Shown one piece after another: positions 24,201 through 35,658 of a DNA stretch of 64,000 nucleotides. Numbering within the stretch: the first letter of the stretch is position 1; the number at the start of each line of letters is the position of its first letter. Source of the stretch: Wolbachia sp. (GTDB lineage Bacteria; Pseudomonadota; Alphaproteobacteria; Rickettsiales; Anaplasmataceae); assembly GCA_051710285.1 (NCBI GenBank), contig JBPETD010000001.1:29529-93528 (forward strand). The letters run 5' to 3'. The translations under genes were made by a program, and so were the position numbers. The notes under the pieces are model-generated. The model did no database searches, was not told the origin of the DNA, and was given only the letters and a program-made list of their open reading frames with translations.

Positions 24201-24647
24201 ACTTCAGAGCGCGGAAGATTTATTATACTCACGCTTTCTGATCCACATAATGTTTCTGAAATAGCATTCTATAATAACAAAATAATAGAGGAGAAAAAAA
24301 AATTATTTTCGCCAGGAACATTTGTGATAATTGATCTTGAGGCTTCGGAGAATACGACAAGATCAACAGGGAAGAATATATCTGAATTTACGGAAAGGAT
24401 CACTTCTTTAATGAAGGGGTTAGTGTTAACTGGGTGTGCGGATTCACAAACAGCTGCTATGGAGCTAAGTTCGGTACTGAAAGATGGAGGCAGAACCAAA
24501 ATTATGCTTGAACTTCTGCTTGAAAAGCATAAAGTGAGCATCTTGTTACCAGGTGCATATTCAATCACACCTCAAGCTGTTTGTGAGATATCCAATTTAA
24601 GCTGGATTAAAGGCATAGAAATTGATACAAATGGCTTGCTTATATAA
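21231..24647 (+). CDS. dnaE: DNA polymerase III alpha subunit
   Basis: PHP HLRVHS, GPGRGSGAGS, catalytic PDFDIDF, KFDFLGL, GYGFNKSH. Confidence 0.98.
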   Translation: MFIHLRVHSVYSLLESSVKIEELSSLCLLNKMPAVTITDSGNLFGSLEFAEYASSRGIQLIIGCNIIVRHSEQNLPILLLAKNERGYANLVTLVSESFRKRENSNDIPCVDFNELLNSSSDLISLTGGYDGILAQLLLKQDKETIKRLLLAFNGHLYVELQRHGLNKELEIEETLIDFAYQHDVPLVATNDVFFLNRSDYEAYDILRCISEGSYALENNRKKLTTEHYFKSVAEMEELFSDIPEAIYNTSVVARRCSYMPRSRQPILPKFPCRENKTENEELKEQAISGLELRIAQSSSVISSHDAGIKEKRNMDPSIKHWDDTHDVDFKQYRDRLNYELSVIISMDYAGYFLIVSDFIRWSKANGIPVGPGRGSGAGSIVAWAMQITDLDPIKFGLIFERFLNPDRISMPDFDIDFCQEKRDLVIDYVRKKYGYVAQIITFGKLQARAVLRDVGRVLQMPYAQVDKISKMVPFNPVNPVTLSQAIELDQNLQKERDSDEVIAKLLDISLKLEGIYRYVSTHAAGIVICDQKLENFVPVYYDPNSALPITQYSMKYVEKAGLIKFDFLGLGTLTLIDHICRLINRNERKIDISSIPLDDQRTYELISRGDSIGVFQLESSGMREALIKLKPDCIEDIIALISLYRPGPIDNISTYVARKHGLEKPDYIHPLLERVLKETFGVIIYQEQVMEIARILSGYSLAEADLLRRAMGKKIKEEMDKQRELFIQGATKNGVDYDRASYIFDLVAKFAGYGFNKSHAAAYAVISYQTAYLKANYPLEFFIALMNLNIDDRDKLNLFYHAAKFSGVSVLSPDINKSKAEFLIEDERIRCGIAALRNVGFSIAEGIVNTRSSAYKDIWEFIQNSGHIINKKVLESLIKSGACDSVHQNRKQLYESIDTLIYFANKNRQDKESNQAVLFGNLDVLKPKLEDVEDFNEDEKLEHELFSLGFYLTNHPLEKFRALLKKLNIGFIGEGKTTKTAGVILNARMRTSERGRFIILTLSDPHNVSEIAFYNNKIIEEKKKLFSPGTFVIIDLEASENTTRSTGKNISEFTERITSLMKGLVLTGCADSQTAAMELSSVLKDGGRTKIMLELLLEKHKVSILLPGAYSITPQAVCEISNLSWIKGIEIDTNGLLI
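22127..22200. repeat. WPE in frame within dnaE
   Basis: TGTCATTTCATCACATGATGCTGGAATC ... GGATCCCAGTATCAAGCACTGGGATGACA; encodes VISSHDAGIKEKRNMDPSIKHWDD. Confidence 0.9.
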
Positions 24648-24695
24648 AAAAGCTTTATATAATGAGATATTTAATCGATATTAAAGGAAAGTATA

Positions 24696-25469
24696 GTGAA
24701 TCTTTATGAATTTACTTTCATAGCGCAACAGGGCTTGTTACAGCAAGAAGTGGAAGAAATGGTTCAGGAACTAGGTATTTTATTGAAGAATATTAAAGAA
24801 GATATTATGCTTCAACAAATCAAGGTCATTCTAAATGACAAGCCAGCAAAACAGGAATCAGATGTACATGCTAAAAACATTCAAGAAAGTTTAGTTGATT
24901 ATTCTAATTTTTTGGAAGGTTTCACAAAAGTTCTGTGGGTTGAATTGGAAAAAGATCTTTCAAATTTAAAAGAGGTAGAATCAAAAATTGATAAGGAATT
25001 AAAGAGTAATCTAAAAGGTCTTGGAATAACACAGGATTTTATAAAATTTCCAGTAGGTGATAAGCAAATTGCTAAGAATGCGTTTATTCGTAATACAATA
25101 AATCCTTTAAAGGAAAATATTTCAGAGTATATAATAAAGATTTTTCAAGAGGTTTTAATAAGTTCAAAAGTAATAGAGCAAAATCGATTGAGTAAAGCAT
25201 TAGAGGCGCTTTTAGGAAGTGTTGAAGCATCGGGATTAATAAAGTATGAATATTGGGGTCTATTAGACTTCGCGTATCCGATAAATAAGATGAAGAGTGG
25301 TCATTATTGTATAATGTGCGTGAGTTCTACTTCAAGTATTATGGATGAATTTGTACGTAGAGTAAGGCTTAACGAAAATATTATTCGCCACTTATCTGTT
25401 CGGGTTGATAAATTTTTTGAAGGTAAATCCTATATGATGAATAAACAAATTGAGGAGCAAAGCGCATAA
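24696..25469 (+). CDS. rpsF: 30S ribosomal protein S6 with a large internal insertion
   Basis: LYEFTFI N-terminus, EYWGLLDFAYPINKMKSGHY and ENIIRHL C-terminal motifs; first gene of rpsF-rpsR-rplI. Confidence 0.92.
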   Translation: MNLYEFTFIAQQGLLQQEVEEMVQELGILLKNIKEDIMLQQIKVILNDKPAKQESDVHAKNIQESLVDYSNFLEGFTKVLWVELEKDLSNLKEVESKIDKELKSNLKGLGITQDFIKFPVGDKQIAKNAFIRNTINPLKENISEYIIKIFQEVLISSKVIEQNRLSKALEALLGSVEASGLIKYEYWGLLDFAYPINKMKSGHYCIMCVSSTSSIMDEFVRRVRLNENIIRHLSVRVDKFFEGKSYMMNKQIEEQSA

Positions 25470-25744
25470 TGACAAGAAAACGGAGTAATTTTAATGATTT
25501 TTATGTGTCTGTAAATAACAGGACTGGATTTAAGCGTTCTAAAGATTGTTCTCTTGCTGTGTTTGGAGATGAGGAAATAGATTATAAGAATACGGATTTA
25601 TTATCCAGATACATCTCTGAATATGGTAGAATATTGCCTAGAAGATTAACAGGTGTGTGTGCAAAAAAACAGAGGAAATTGCGCTTGGAAATCATAAGGG
25701 CACGTTTTTTATCTTGTATTCCTTACTGTACTAAAAAGGTTTAG
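25469..25744 (+). CDS. rpsR: 30S ribosomal protein S18
   Basis: IDYKN, SEYGRILPRRLTG, KQR, RARFL. Confidence 0.95.
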   Translation: MTRKRSNFNDFYVSVNNRTGFKRSKDCSLAVFGDEEIDYKNTDLLSRYISEYGRILPRRLTGVCAKKQRKLRLEIIRARFLSCIPYCTKKV

Positions 25745-25751
25745 GTAATTT

Positions 25752-26270
25752 ATGTTAGTAATTCTAAAGGAAAATATAAGGACTCTTGGTAAATCAGGAG
25801 AAATTGTGAAGGTAAAGCCTGGCTATTCACGAAATTTTCTTTTTCCACAAAAGAAGGCGGTTAAAGCTACTAAGGAAAGTATAGCAAAACTGGAGGAGCA
25901 ACGCTCCTTTTTAGAAGAGAAGAACATAAGAAAATTGAATTTGGCAAAAGAGCTAGCAGCGTCTCTTGCTGATAAGTTTGTGGTGTTAGTAAAGCAAGCT
26001 TCTGAGGATGGCAAAATTTTTGGTTCTGTGACAACAAGAGAAATTGCAAAATCCTTGCTACAGGAGTATAAAATTAATCATCGTAAAATATCCTTTGATC
26101 AATCAAAAATAAGAAACTTAGGTGAGTATCAAGTGAGTATAGAACTTCACAGTGAAGTAGTGGTACAAATCACTGTTCATGTTGTAAGGTCAGAAGCAGA
26201 TGCGTGTGAGTTAAGACAGGTAAAATTACAAAGTCGAAAGTCACAGCAACAAGAGAGTCAGACTGCATAG
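25752..26270 (+). CDS. rplI: 50S ribosomal protein L9
   Basis: LGKSGEIVKVKPGYSRNFL, GKIFGSVT, LHSEV. Confidence 0.96.
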   Translation: MLVILKENIRTLGKSGEIVKVKPGYSRNFLFPQKKAVKATKESIAKLEEQRSFLEEKNIRKLNLAKELAASLADKFVVLVKQASEDGKIFGSVTTREIAKSLLQEYKINHRKISFDQSKIRNLGEYQVSIELHSEVVVQITVHVVRSEADACELRQVKLQSRKSQQQESQTA

Positions 26271-26439
26271 CAAGAAAACATAAACGATAAATAGCCATTT
26301 TCTTTTCATTACGATCCCTGTCCAGCTGGCTAATACTTGAAGTTGCTTGGCTGCTTTATCTTTTCTCGAATGAATTATTACTAATTTATTAATATATTCT
26401 ATTAAAAATCCAGATAATATAACAATTGATCAAGTATAA

Positions 26440-28430
26440 AATAATGAATCAATCAGTTAACTTTTCATTAAAAGTATCGGAAAAGCTGCTCTTGGCAAGG
26501 TTTCGCAGGTGGGTTTTCAGCAAGTAAAAATGTGTTTGCGTAATATCCCATAGGAGGATATAATAGATACAATATTAAATACTTAACAAAAGCAATAGCT
26601 GAGGGAAATCAATGCTAATAAGGATAAATTTAAAGAGACAGATGTTAAAACAGGTTGAAATCTCAAAATAAATAGAGAAGATTTTATTAAAAGGTTGTAC
26701 AGTGTATGTTATAATATACGTGACATAATACTTTATAAAAGTTTATTGATAACTTTACAATTAAGACTTATTAAATGTTTGATGCTGTAAAATTGAACTA
26801 GTAAAATGTTAAAGGAGCAAAATAGTGAAAGATTTTCCAAAAGGCAGCTGTAATTTAAGCGATGGCTCAATCTACAACGACTTATCAGAGGAGAAGACAT
26901 AGCCCACGCAAATCAAAAGCTCCAAGAGATTCAAGGGGCTGCAGACGAGTTTGTTAGACAAGTAGTTATTAATAAATTAAGATAAGCGGAAGTCGAGTAC
27001 GAGAAACTTAAACTCGAGTTTGAGCAGGAAGGCTTCTTGACAGAGTCGATAACATTCTATCATATGTCGAGCTGAGTGCTGCAGAAAATGAGGAAAATTT
27101 TGTAAGTGGTATGGATGATTTGTTGGTGAAGCTTTTGAAATTTTTCAATTTCATGGATAGCGAGCTTGCAGTAGAGACAGATCCGCAAGTCTACAGGATG
27201 GGTAAGGATCTGGGAGAAAGGAAACTTGGCTTGTTGTGATAATAAAGTTTTTACGTAATAGCTTTAATAAGCTAATCAAAGCAATCTTCTCTCGAAATTT
27301 GAGTTTCAGAGAACAGATTGATAAGGAAATAGGAAAGCTATTTGAGAGATTGTTTTATGGTAGTTTATTCCCAGAAAGAGGAGGCAAGCAATATTAGAAC
27401 GTCTTGAGGCTCTTCATAATCTGAAATTAAAGCTTCAAATGTTTGTGGTTGGCTCTCAGTTATTACGGTGTTTGCCGACTCTTTTCAGCTGAGCTCACAG
27501 TTTCAGTAGAAATAACCAAAGAAGAAGGTAAAGAAAACATCAGCGAAAGAAAAAGAAGCAACTAAAGAAGTTTCAAAATTATGGAAATAAAGTTAGACAC
27601 GAAAAGGAGATATCAAATCGTCGTTCTAAGTTATCTTCTTGACTTTTCATCTGGTGTTGCAGGGCCAATCACTCTGACCAAGCAAGAGCTTGTGATCTTT
27701 TGCCAAAACCTCTGGCAAATTTTGTGCATCGTGTGCAAGAATATGCCACAGTAAGAAAAATAGTTGGGTAAAAGAAACAAAAGTGAGCAAAATAAGCAAG
27801 CGAGACAATAACACAAAACAAAATGTAACTGCATGTCCGACAAAAGAGCGGGGAAAAGTGCCTGGGACGAGTGTGGTAAAATTTTGTTTCAAGTCTTATG
27901 GAGAATCTATTAATTTCAACACAAGGCGTTCAAATGCTAATGTTAATAGTGTTAATGAAAAACCGAGTCTAATAATAAGAAAGAAAATAAGTTTGCCGGT
28001 TTCGAAAGGAAGCTTCTAAATAATAATGTTAATAGCATCAATAAAGAAAGAGGTAGGTCTATTAATGATAAATGGCAGATAGTCCTTATGCTAAACTTAC
28101 AACAAAAGCTATTGAAAGGAACGTCAGAAAAATTGTTGAAGCATCTACCAAGCACAATTATCCAATTGATCATTTTCAAGTTCCATCTGAACTAATGAAA
28201 GTCTCATGCTAGTGCTGAGCGTGAACCTAAATCTAAACAGAGTTTTGTGAATAATGCTCAATCAACAGGTGAGTATAGAGATGTAAAAATTAATAATCAT
28301 GTAAAATCAATAGAAAAAGACGAGAAGACAGTAGAATGTCTTGATGAATTATTACATCCTATGAGCTACTTAGATGACAATGAGAATGTCGTTCCAGCGT
28401 GTGATGCTGGAAATCTTGTAGTATAAAAAC
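26440..28430 (+). pseudogene. Degraded hypothetical gene(s)
   Basis: About 2 kb coding-like plus-strand composition broken into short fragments; no recognisable motif. Confidence 0.5.
28388..28415. repeat. Single WPE arm
   Basis: GTCGTTCCAGCGTGTGATGCTGGAAATC matches the arm consensus with CCAG-N9-CTGG. Confidence 0.75.
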
Positions 28431-28519
28431 GAACAAAAATTTTTAAAAAATAAAAAAGTATTTGCATTGATAATTTACTTGTTGTGATTAATTAAATAGT
28501 ATTTTTACTAGTAGTTAAT

Positions 28520-30285
28520 ATGTCAAACAATAACGATAAAAAGATAATAGTAGTTCAAAAGGGTTTACTCCAAGTGATAGATTTGAGAAATACACTGGTA
28601 CTAACAAGGAAATACATGATCAGTATACAAAGTGGCAGCGCCGAACGTGAAAGTGCAAGCCTAATACACAATTTGGTAATAGTAGTATTATTGGTGCCTG
28701 CAGTAATAAAGGTAAGAATTAATAATGTTGTTTAGTAACAATTTGAGTAGGGGTAGTTGCGAGTAATTCAGTAAAAGCTGGTCAATGCGTTTAGTTTGAA
28801 TAATTATGCTATTGATAAAGTTAACACTAACTTTGCTGTAGAAGATAAAAAGAAGAAGATGTTTTGATTTATTTGCTAGCGATACTAATGTAGAGAAATA
28901 TCTGCAAGAAGTAGGAGAGAAGATAATAAAGCTGCAACTATCACACTAGAGAAACAGCAAGTGAATATTATAATTTGCGGTGTTTTCCGTTTGTTTTAGG
29001 TACTAATGCTGATAAAAGATATTTGGGTAAAGGTGTAGTGGTAGTAAAGCTTGTAGATTCTACAAATGAGGAAGTAATCCGTCACTTAAAGCTTCATTTT
29101 GTTAACGAATTTGAGAGGGTTATAGGGTTTAAAGTGATTGAAAATCTAAGAGAAGAAAGAGTAAAAGAGGAAGAGGAACGTAGATTGCAAAGGAACTATA
29201 CAAAAAGTGGCCAATAAAAGTAGGTCTCTCTTCCTTATTTGTACTGTATAGTTTTAATGACGAGTACTTTAAGAGAGAGAGGAGTATGATTCAAAGACTT
29301 TTTAAGTTGTTTAAAGGAGCGTGCATATTCAAGAGTTTAACTCAAGATTAAGAAAGTGTAATCTTAAGAACTAGGATTTTTACGAATATAGGAATGGTAT
29401 GTTGTACATTAAGGATGTTAGTGATAAGGTAGTTAAAAATATAATAGAATATATTAAGAAAGAAATAGCATTTGATTTTAGAACTTTGGGTAGTGTAGAG
29501 TCTAAAGTTAAATTGCAAAAATGTTCTTAATGAACTAATTTTTAAGTTCACTGGGAAATTAATTTATGGCTATGATCATGATGTCTTTATAGATGCAAAA
29601 ATAAAATATGGTAATAGTTTTGCTCTTATACCTTTTATAGAAGTGAATGATCGCTGAATCTTTAAGCGAGAAAGATATAAGTAAAATTAATAGCAAGTTA
29701 AGTGATGTTATAAGCGATATTAGAGGCAAAACTGAAAATCCACAATTTGCTAATTGTAAAGAGCCAGTGTACGCTATCTCTAATAAAATGATTGTTCAGT
29801 TACTTCCTAGGATTATGGGATCTACAATTGCATATAATAGTGACTTTGAACGTTTTGAATTTGCAGTTAATCTTGAAAATCTTAGAAATCGGCAAAGGTC
29901 ATTTTTACTCAATCCTGGTTCTGATGTGAAAGATTCACCAAGTCCATCACTTAACGAAGCTGGTTCTTCCATGTGGCTTCTCTAATCTGATCTCCTTCTC
30001 TGTTGTAGGTAAATTGTTCAGTAGGAAATGAGCCAGGGTAAAGCGATTCTGTAGCTTCCAAAGGTTCCGAATTTTCCAAAAGAAAGTAGTGGCTATTATT
30101 CAGAATCAGCGTTTTTAGTTGCTGATCCAGAGACTAGTGCAGGACCTAGTATGAAGCCTCTAGTGGTGAAAATTGGTTCTTTTGCGAATTCTTTACTGGT
30201 AGTCCGATGAGCAGTTCTTCAACTAGCGATTCTATATCAAGCAATGCGTCAGTTGGTACTGTTTTATCAGGTAAAGGTGGGTCGT
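28520..30285 (+). pseudogene. Degraded hypothetical gene (fragments 28520-28735, 28975-29217, 29647-29985) with Ser-rich C-terminus
   Basis: Collinear same-strand fragments separated by stops and frameshifts. Confidence 0.55.
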
Positions 30286-30405
30286 AGCGCTGAGAATAAA
30301 ACGTCGATATTTTGATGAGGTGCATATAAATAATTAGCCACCGAACAGGGTTTCTTTTGCTTTTCTCGTTTAGTAAATTTATAAATATTTATAACTATAG
30401 CAGTT
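30283..30405 (-). repeat. Family B short module (subtype 4), inverted
   Basis: Reverse complement matches about 55835-55950 (GGTGGCTAATTAT..AAATATCG..CAGCGCTACG). Confidence 0.8.
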
Positions 30406-30544
30406 CAAGAGTATACAAAACGTCAATATTAGAAATATAGCTAATCCAATTTGTTTAAAACTTATTGTCTGATTTAAGTTTTTGCTTAGAAACAACCACA
30501 GAGGTACAGAACAAAAGCCCTGACCTTGGTTAGTTGTAGTGAAT

Positions 30545-30890
30545 AAATTAATAAATTCTTTTCTTTGTGGCTTGTTTTGTAAAAGAATTACGTTTTCTTC
30601 ATCTTGCCACCGATGCTCAGATTGTCCAGAACTACCTCACTACCTTTCGTCATTTGCTAGAAATTTCTTTATAATAATTTCATCATGCCTCAAATATTCA
30701 AAACTCATAGGCTTTACATGTGAGGCAGAAATAGAAACAAATGTTGCTGTACTAGTAATAGCACTTAGCCCATGCACTGAACATTTTGAACTATCGACTT
30801 GCAGTAAGTTGCACTACATTCATAGCTTTAGTGCATCGTGTAGCAGGGTAACCACAAAGCAGGTCCAGCGGCTGGGCCTCAAGATGGAGC
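30545..30890 (-). pseudogene. Possible 3' remnant of a truncated gene
   Basis: Minus-strand fragments HVKPMSFEYLRHDEIIIKKFLANDE and EVVLDNLSIGGKMKKT-stop; 5' part apparently replaced by a repeat. Confidence 0.3.
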
Positions 30891-30891
30891 G

Positions 30892-31240
30892 ATTCAGCTA
30901 CTTTTAAATGCAACTAACCAAAATTGTAAGAGTTAAGAAATTTATTAAGCAGAAAAGAAGGCGAAAAAATAAGGTAGCTAGTATTCAAATACTCTCTTAT
31001 CTATTTGACAATCTATAACTATCTTAAACGACTTATAAGCGCGTTTCAGCTCGTATAGGTAAAAATCTAGAAGTCTAGGTAAAATTAATAAAGACGTAAG
31101 GTGTACACAGTGCGAAAATTTAAACACGAGACGCCAAATACCATAAGTTTTGTTGTTAACCTACACAGATTGCAAGGATAAATAAAATAGCCTCAGTACT
31201 GAGATAAATGATATTGGTAAGGGTTGTCAAGTAGTTTTTT
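30892..31240 (+). repeat. Dispersed intergenic element (family B, subtype 1)
   Basis: Colinear with about 55950-56290 and 9464-9767; ends TTGTCAAGTAGTTTTTT. Confidence 0.87.
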
Positions 31241-31383
31241 ATTTCTATTGAGTGGCTTTTTACTGCTGTCCATCTACTTTCTGTGTGTGAGGATTGGTAT
31301 CAGAAAAGCAATAGCATAAAAGTTATGAAGATTAGTACAAAAGTTTATCAAAGAAATTTTGATATTGTGATCAGCACGCATAT

Positions 31384-32409
31384 TTACAACTCTAAACCTG
31401 GTAAATTCCCAGTAAAAAGTAGCACTCCTGAGATGAGTATTAGCCAAAGTACTGATATTGGCAGAAACACTTTCCAACCAAGATGCATTAGCTGATCATA
31501 TCGATATCGAGGTATTGTTGCCCTAATCCAAACAAACATTAATAACAATAAAGCTATTTTTAAGACAAACCAAATTAAACCTGGAATTTTATACAGAAAA
31601 TTAAGCTCTAGAGGAGGATGCCATCCTCCTAAGAAAAATATTGTCATCATAGCACTCGCTAAGATCATATTTGCATATTCTCCCAAGAAAAAGAGGGCAA
31701 AAGGCATTGATGAATATTCAACATTATACCCAGAGATAAGCTCTGTTTCAGCTTCTGGTAAATCAAACGGGTGACGGTTAGTTTCTGCAAGAAGAGAAAT
31801 AAAAAACACTATTGCCATAGGCATGAGTAGAAGATCAATCCAAAGTGGCATATTATGCTTTGTTACTACCATTTCTCCGAGATTTAGCGTGCCAGTTATA
31901 ACAACAACTGTGGCAACTATTAAGCCTATCGAAACTTCGTATGAGATCATCTGGGCAGCTGACCTTATGGCGCCAAGAGACGCGTAATTAGAATTACTTG
32001 CCCAGCCTGCAATAATAATACCATATACCTCTAAAGAGGATACAGCCAGAACATAAAGTACTCCAACATTAATATTTGCTATCACCTTGGGAATTACTAT
32101 CTGTTGCCCGTTTTCTATAATTACTTCAGCACCAAATGGTATAACCGCCCAGACGATTAATGCTAAAATAAAGGTGAGCATTGGAGCCATGATGAACAAT
32201 ATGGTATTTGCCATAAATGGTATTATCGGCTCTTTAATCATTAATTTAATTGCATCTGCAAATGGCTGTAATAGTCCAAAAGGTCCAACGACGCATGGAC
32301 CATGTCTTAGCTGAATTGCACCAATAAATTTGCGTTCGAAGTACACCAAATATGCTACTGAGAGCAGTAACGGCACCAAAACAAATAAAATATTAACTAG
32401 GGTATCCAT
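31384..32409 (-). CDS. nuoH: NADH-quinone oxidoreductase subunit H
   Basis: [50 protein letters not shown]. Confidence 0.97.
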   Translation of the reverse strand: MDTLVNILFVLVPLLLSVAYLVYFERKFIGAIQLRHGPCVVGPFGLLQPFADAIKLMIKEPIIPFMANTILFIMAPMLTFILALIVWAVIPFGAEVIIENGQQIVIPKVIANINVGVLYVLAVSSLEVYGIIIAGWASNSNYASLGAIRSAAQMISYEVSIGLIVATVVVITGTLNLGEMVVTKHNMPLWIDLLLMPMAIVFFISLLAETNRHPFDLPEAETELISGYNVEYSSMPFALFFLGEYANMILASAMMTIFFLGGWHPPLELNFLYKIPGLIWFVLKIALLLLMFVWIRATIPRYRYDQLMHLGWKVFLPISVLWLILISGVLLFTGNLPGLEL

Positions 32410-34441
32410 AGAAAGCCTTGGTACAGTCTGCCATTATTTTTGAAGCTCGGCTTATGGAATCTGTCATATAAAAATTATATTCTTTTAGGGTGAAAGGTGC
32501 GCTGCTTAGTTTTATCTCGTCGCAGGTAATTTGCACCCATTTGTTTTTTATCACCTGGTCAGCGTTTCTAAACTGCGGGCCCATAGTATCTAATTTTTTT
32601 TTCACGTCAAATAAACTATCATATGGGAAGGGTAGGTTCATATATTGCGACAAATCTTTAATAATTAACCAGTCCTCTTTTGCTTCACCAGGTGGAAATA
32701 CAGCTAAATTTGTTCTCTGCACTCGCCCTTCAGTATTCACATAAGTTGCATATTTCTCTATGTATGTAGCTCCAGGCAGAATAACATCTGCTACATGTGC
32801 TCCTCTATCACCATGATGACCTTGATAAATTACAAATGTATTTTCTAACTTTGATGTGTCAATTTCATCTGCACCGAGAAGATAAACAGCTTCTATATCG
32901 CCACTTTCTGCTTGCTTTAGTATTTGGTTAGTGTCTTTTCCACCTTTTTTGGGAGCAAATCCAATATCTAATCCACCAACTCGTGCTGCGGCTTTGTGCA
33001 GCACATTAAAACCATTCCAGTCATCTCTGATCATGTTAAAATTTTCTGCAATTGTACCAGATAAAGCTAAAATTGATCCAGAATCATCTCTTGTTAATGC
33101 ATCTTGACCGATGATGATCATAGGGTTTTTAGCAGCGCTTAGCAGCTTGCAAAATTTGTGATTTCCTTTCGCTATTTCATTTAAAATTCTAGGACTATCG
33201 CCTAGCTTTTCAACATGATACAAATATTCAATGTCAGGACCAATGCTTGCGATAGGAAAGTTGCCTTGTAAATATCTTTTTCTTATACGTGCATTAATAA
33301 TTGCTGCCTCTACTTTAGGATTTGTGTTTATAAGCAGGCATAAATCTGCATTCTCTATACCCTGAGTAGTGGTGTTGAACACGTATGATCCACGATTATT
33401 TTGTATAAGCTTTGCACTATCCTGCCTACAATCTATATTTGTTGAGCCAAGCTTATGCACCATTTCTTTTAGTAGAAGCATAGACTCGCAATCAGCCAAA
33501 TCACCTGCAATTGCGGCTATTTTGTTTGGCTTTGTACCTCTTAATTTTTTTGCAGCAACAGTTAGTGCTTCATTCCAATCAACTGGTGTTAATTTACCAT
33601 CTTTCTTTATATAAGGTTGGTCGAGGCGTTGCACCTTTAGTCCATCGTAAGCAAAACGAGTTTTGTCCGATATCCATTCTTCATTCACTTCTTCATTGAG
33701 TCTTGGCAATATTCGCATCACTTCCGGACCGCGGTAATCGACTCTGATCGCACTTCCCACAGCATCGAGCGCATCTATAGTTTCGCAATGTGATAGTTCC
33801 CATGAGCGCGCCTTAAATGAGTAAGGTTTTGAAGTTAAGGCTCCTACAGGGCAGAGGTCTATGATATTTCCAGATAACTCGGAGCTAATATGCCTTTTTA
33901 TGTAAGTGCTGATCTCTACATTTTCTCCTCTACCAATTCCTCCAAGTTCGTTTGTACCTGCAACATCAGACAAGAACCTAACGCATCGAGTACAATGAAT
34001 GCATCTATTCATTGCAGTTTCAATAAGTGGCCCAAAATGCTTTTTTGGTACAGCCCTTTTACGTTCATCAAGTCTGCTAGTTCCCTTTCCATATGACATT
34101 GTTATATCTTGCAAATCACACTCACCACCTTGATCACAAATTGGGCAATCAAGCGGATGATTAATTAGCAAAAACTCTAACACTTCTTCACGTGCCTTTT
34201 TGACTTTTGGGGTATTGGTATGAACAACCATACCATCTGCAACTGGTATTGCGCAAGATGCAACTAGTTTTGGAGGTCCGCCCTCCACTTCAACCAAACA
34301 CATTCTACAGTTACCGGCGATTGCTAAGCGCTCATAATAACAAAAGCGTGGAATTTCAACGCCTACAGCTTCACAGGCTTGGATTATAGTAAGACCAGCC
34401 TCTACTTTACATTTCTTAGAGTTAATGGTAATCTCAACCAC
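32393..34441 (-). CDS. nuoG: NADH-quinone oxidoreductase subunit G
   Basis: [42 protein letters not shown]. Confidence 0.98.
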   Translation of the reverse strand: MVEITINSKKCKVEAGLTIIQACEAVGVEIPRFCYYERLAIAGNCRMCLVEVEGGPPKLVASCAIPVADGMVVHTNTPKVKKAREEVLEFLLINHPLDCPICDQGGECDLQDITMSYGKGTSRLDERKRAVPKKHFGPLIETAMNRCIHCTRCVRFLSDVAGTNELGGIGRGENVEISTYIKRHISSELSGNIIDLCPVGALTSKPYSFKARSWELSHCETIDALDAVGSAIRVDYRGPEVMRILPRLNEEVNEEWISDKTRFAYDGLKVQRLDQPYIKKDGKLTPVDWNEALTVAAKKLRGTKPNKIAAIAGDLADCESMLLLKEMVHKLGSTNIDCRQDSAKLIQNNRGSYVFNTTTQGIENADLCLLINTNPKVEAAIINARIRKRYLQGNFPIASIGPDIEYLYHVEKLGDSPRILNEIAKGNHKFCKLLSAAKNPMIIIGQDALTRDDSGSILALSGTIAENFNMIRDDWNGFNVLHKAAARVGGLDIGFAPKKGGKDTNQILKQAESGDIEAVYLLGADEIDTSKLENTFVIYQGHHGDRGAHVADVILPGATYIEKYATYVNTEGRVQRTNLAVFPPGEAKEDWLIIKDLSQYMNLPFPYDSLFDVKKKLDTMGPQFRNADQVIKNKWVQITCDEIKLSSAPFTLKEYNFYMTDSISRASKIMADCTKAFYGYPS

Positions 34442-34454
34442 AAATTTAAACCTA

Positions 34455-34664
34455 CTATACAGCTTCCCACTTTATAGGATTGCCACTTTCGTCTTGAACG
34501 AGACTACCATCCACATATTCAGCGGACATATAATTCATACATGAGTCGCGATCTATATATCTGACTGGTTTTATCGATTTATCTTTATACATTTTTTGCT
34601 TAGCTTTCTGACGATGAGTAGGATTATTTTTACTAGCTGTTTTCGCTTTTCCATCTGCTGCCAT
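34455..34664 (-). CDS. Small basic hypothetical protein upstream of nuoG
   Basis: 69-aa ORF with AGGAG RBS, 13 bp upstream of nuoG on the same strand. Confidence 0.75.
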   Translation of the reverse strand: MAADGKAKTASKNNPTHRQKAKQKMYKDKSIKPVRYIDRDSCMNYMSAEYVDGSLVQDESGNPIKWEAV

Positions 34665-34756
34665 ATGACTCCTAAAAACTTCTCATTTTATTTTAGCGCT
34701 TATGTGTACAGTGTCAACATTAAATAACTTTAAATTTTCGATGAATATCTAAAAAC

Positions 34757-35000
34757 AAAAACTACTTGACAACCTTCGTTAATCCATCTATCCCGCTGTT
34801 GTTGGTGTTTTAGCCTAAAATTTATTTTTAATCTTGTATTGAGTGATAAAAGCACAGTATAAAATAAGGCGTGTTATGTTTAATTTTTGTCTACATTAGC
34901 TTAGTCTAACTTATTGAGCGGTGTGAGAGAGGAAGCGGACGCCAAATTTTTGAGAGAACAGTAAACAACTCACATTACGTGGTTTCTTTCGTCTTTTTAA
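34757..35000 (-). repeat. Dispersed intergenic element (family B, subtype 2), inverted
   Basis: Reverse complement aligns to 1-241; begins AAAAACTACTTGACA on the plus strand. Confidence 0.85.
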
Positions 35001-35036
35001 AATAGTTTAAAATCTAACCATCTCATCTTTTTTCAT

Positions 35037-35207
35037 AAAAACTGCTTGATAAGTTTTGACGCTTCCTTTATCATAAACTATGGTTATTTATAACCCAGAG
35101 GTTAGCTACTTCTCAAGTATATATAGCATTAATGTTAAGTTATTAAAATAGACATTGACCAGGGCTTCTTTTGCTTTTCTCTATTCGCTAATTTCTTAAT
35201 ATTTATT
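35037..35207 (-). repeat. Dispersed intergenic element (family B, subtype 3), inverted
   Basis: Reverse complement aligns to 20985-21152 and 46135-46335. Confidence 0.82.
35046..35074 (+). promoter_or_regulatory. Sigma70-like promoter inside the family B end
   Basis: TTGATA (35046-35051), 17-nt spacer, TATCAT (35069-35074). Confidence 0.5.
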
Positions 35208-35237
35208 GCTGATTGTAATTCATGAATTGAGTAGGAG

Positions 35238-35519
35238 GATGTCAAGCTAGTGCTTGACACTGGCATTCAGGAATTTTATTAAGTTAGTGAGTATAAAAGT
35301 AGCTGTTTTATGTTAAAATACGATGTTTTAATGATTATGGAAAGGCTGGATTCCAATATCAAGTACTGGGATGATAAAAGGAAGCTACTCGGGTAATAAA
35401 GAAAAGGAGTGCTGAGATGACAAGAAAATGGCACTTGAATGATAAGAAATGTGCTACTTTCATGGGGCTACCCTTCCAGTGAAGATTTGCTCTTAAACTA
35501 TAATGTTCGTACAGTTGTG
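35238..35519 (-). mobile_element. MITE-like family A copy, inverted, with extra tandem WPE-arm fragments; one TIR at 35501-35519
   Basis: Same about 74-nt loop flanked by WPE arms; TAATGTTCGTACAGTTGTG terminus. Confidence 0.8.
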
Positions 35520-35658
35520 GCTAGAGAACCATTCAAACAATAGTTTAGAGAGTTACTCAAACCTAGAAATCAGATCTTAGCCAACCAGCTCAGAGAATTA
35601 CTCCTTGTCATTTGTAGTGTACTGCATTAATATTTACTTGTTAATCTAAAAAATATTA

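Noticed and set aside
30539..30907. 122-aa plus-strand ORF
   Set aside because: Ends inside a repeat and has no recognisable motif; more likely the antisense of a gene remnant
35350..35470. Short tandem units (..GATGATAAAAGG.., ..GATGACAAGAAAATGG..) resembling a CRISPR array
   Set aside because: Degenerate WPE arm fragments with no unique spacers and no cas genes
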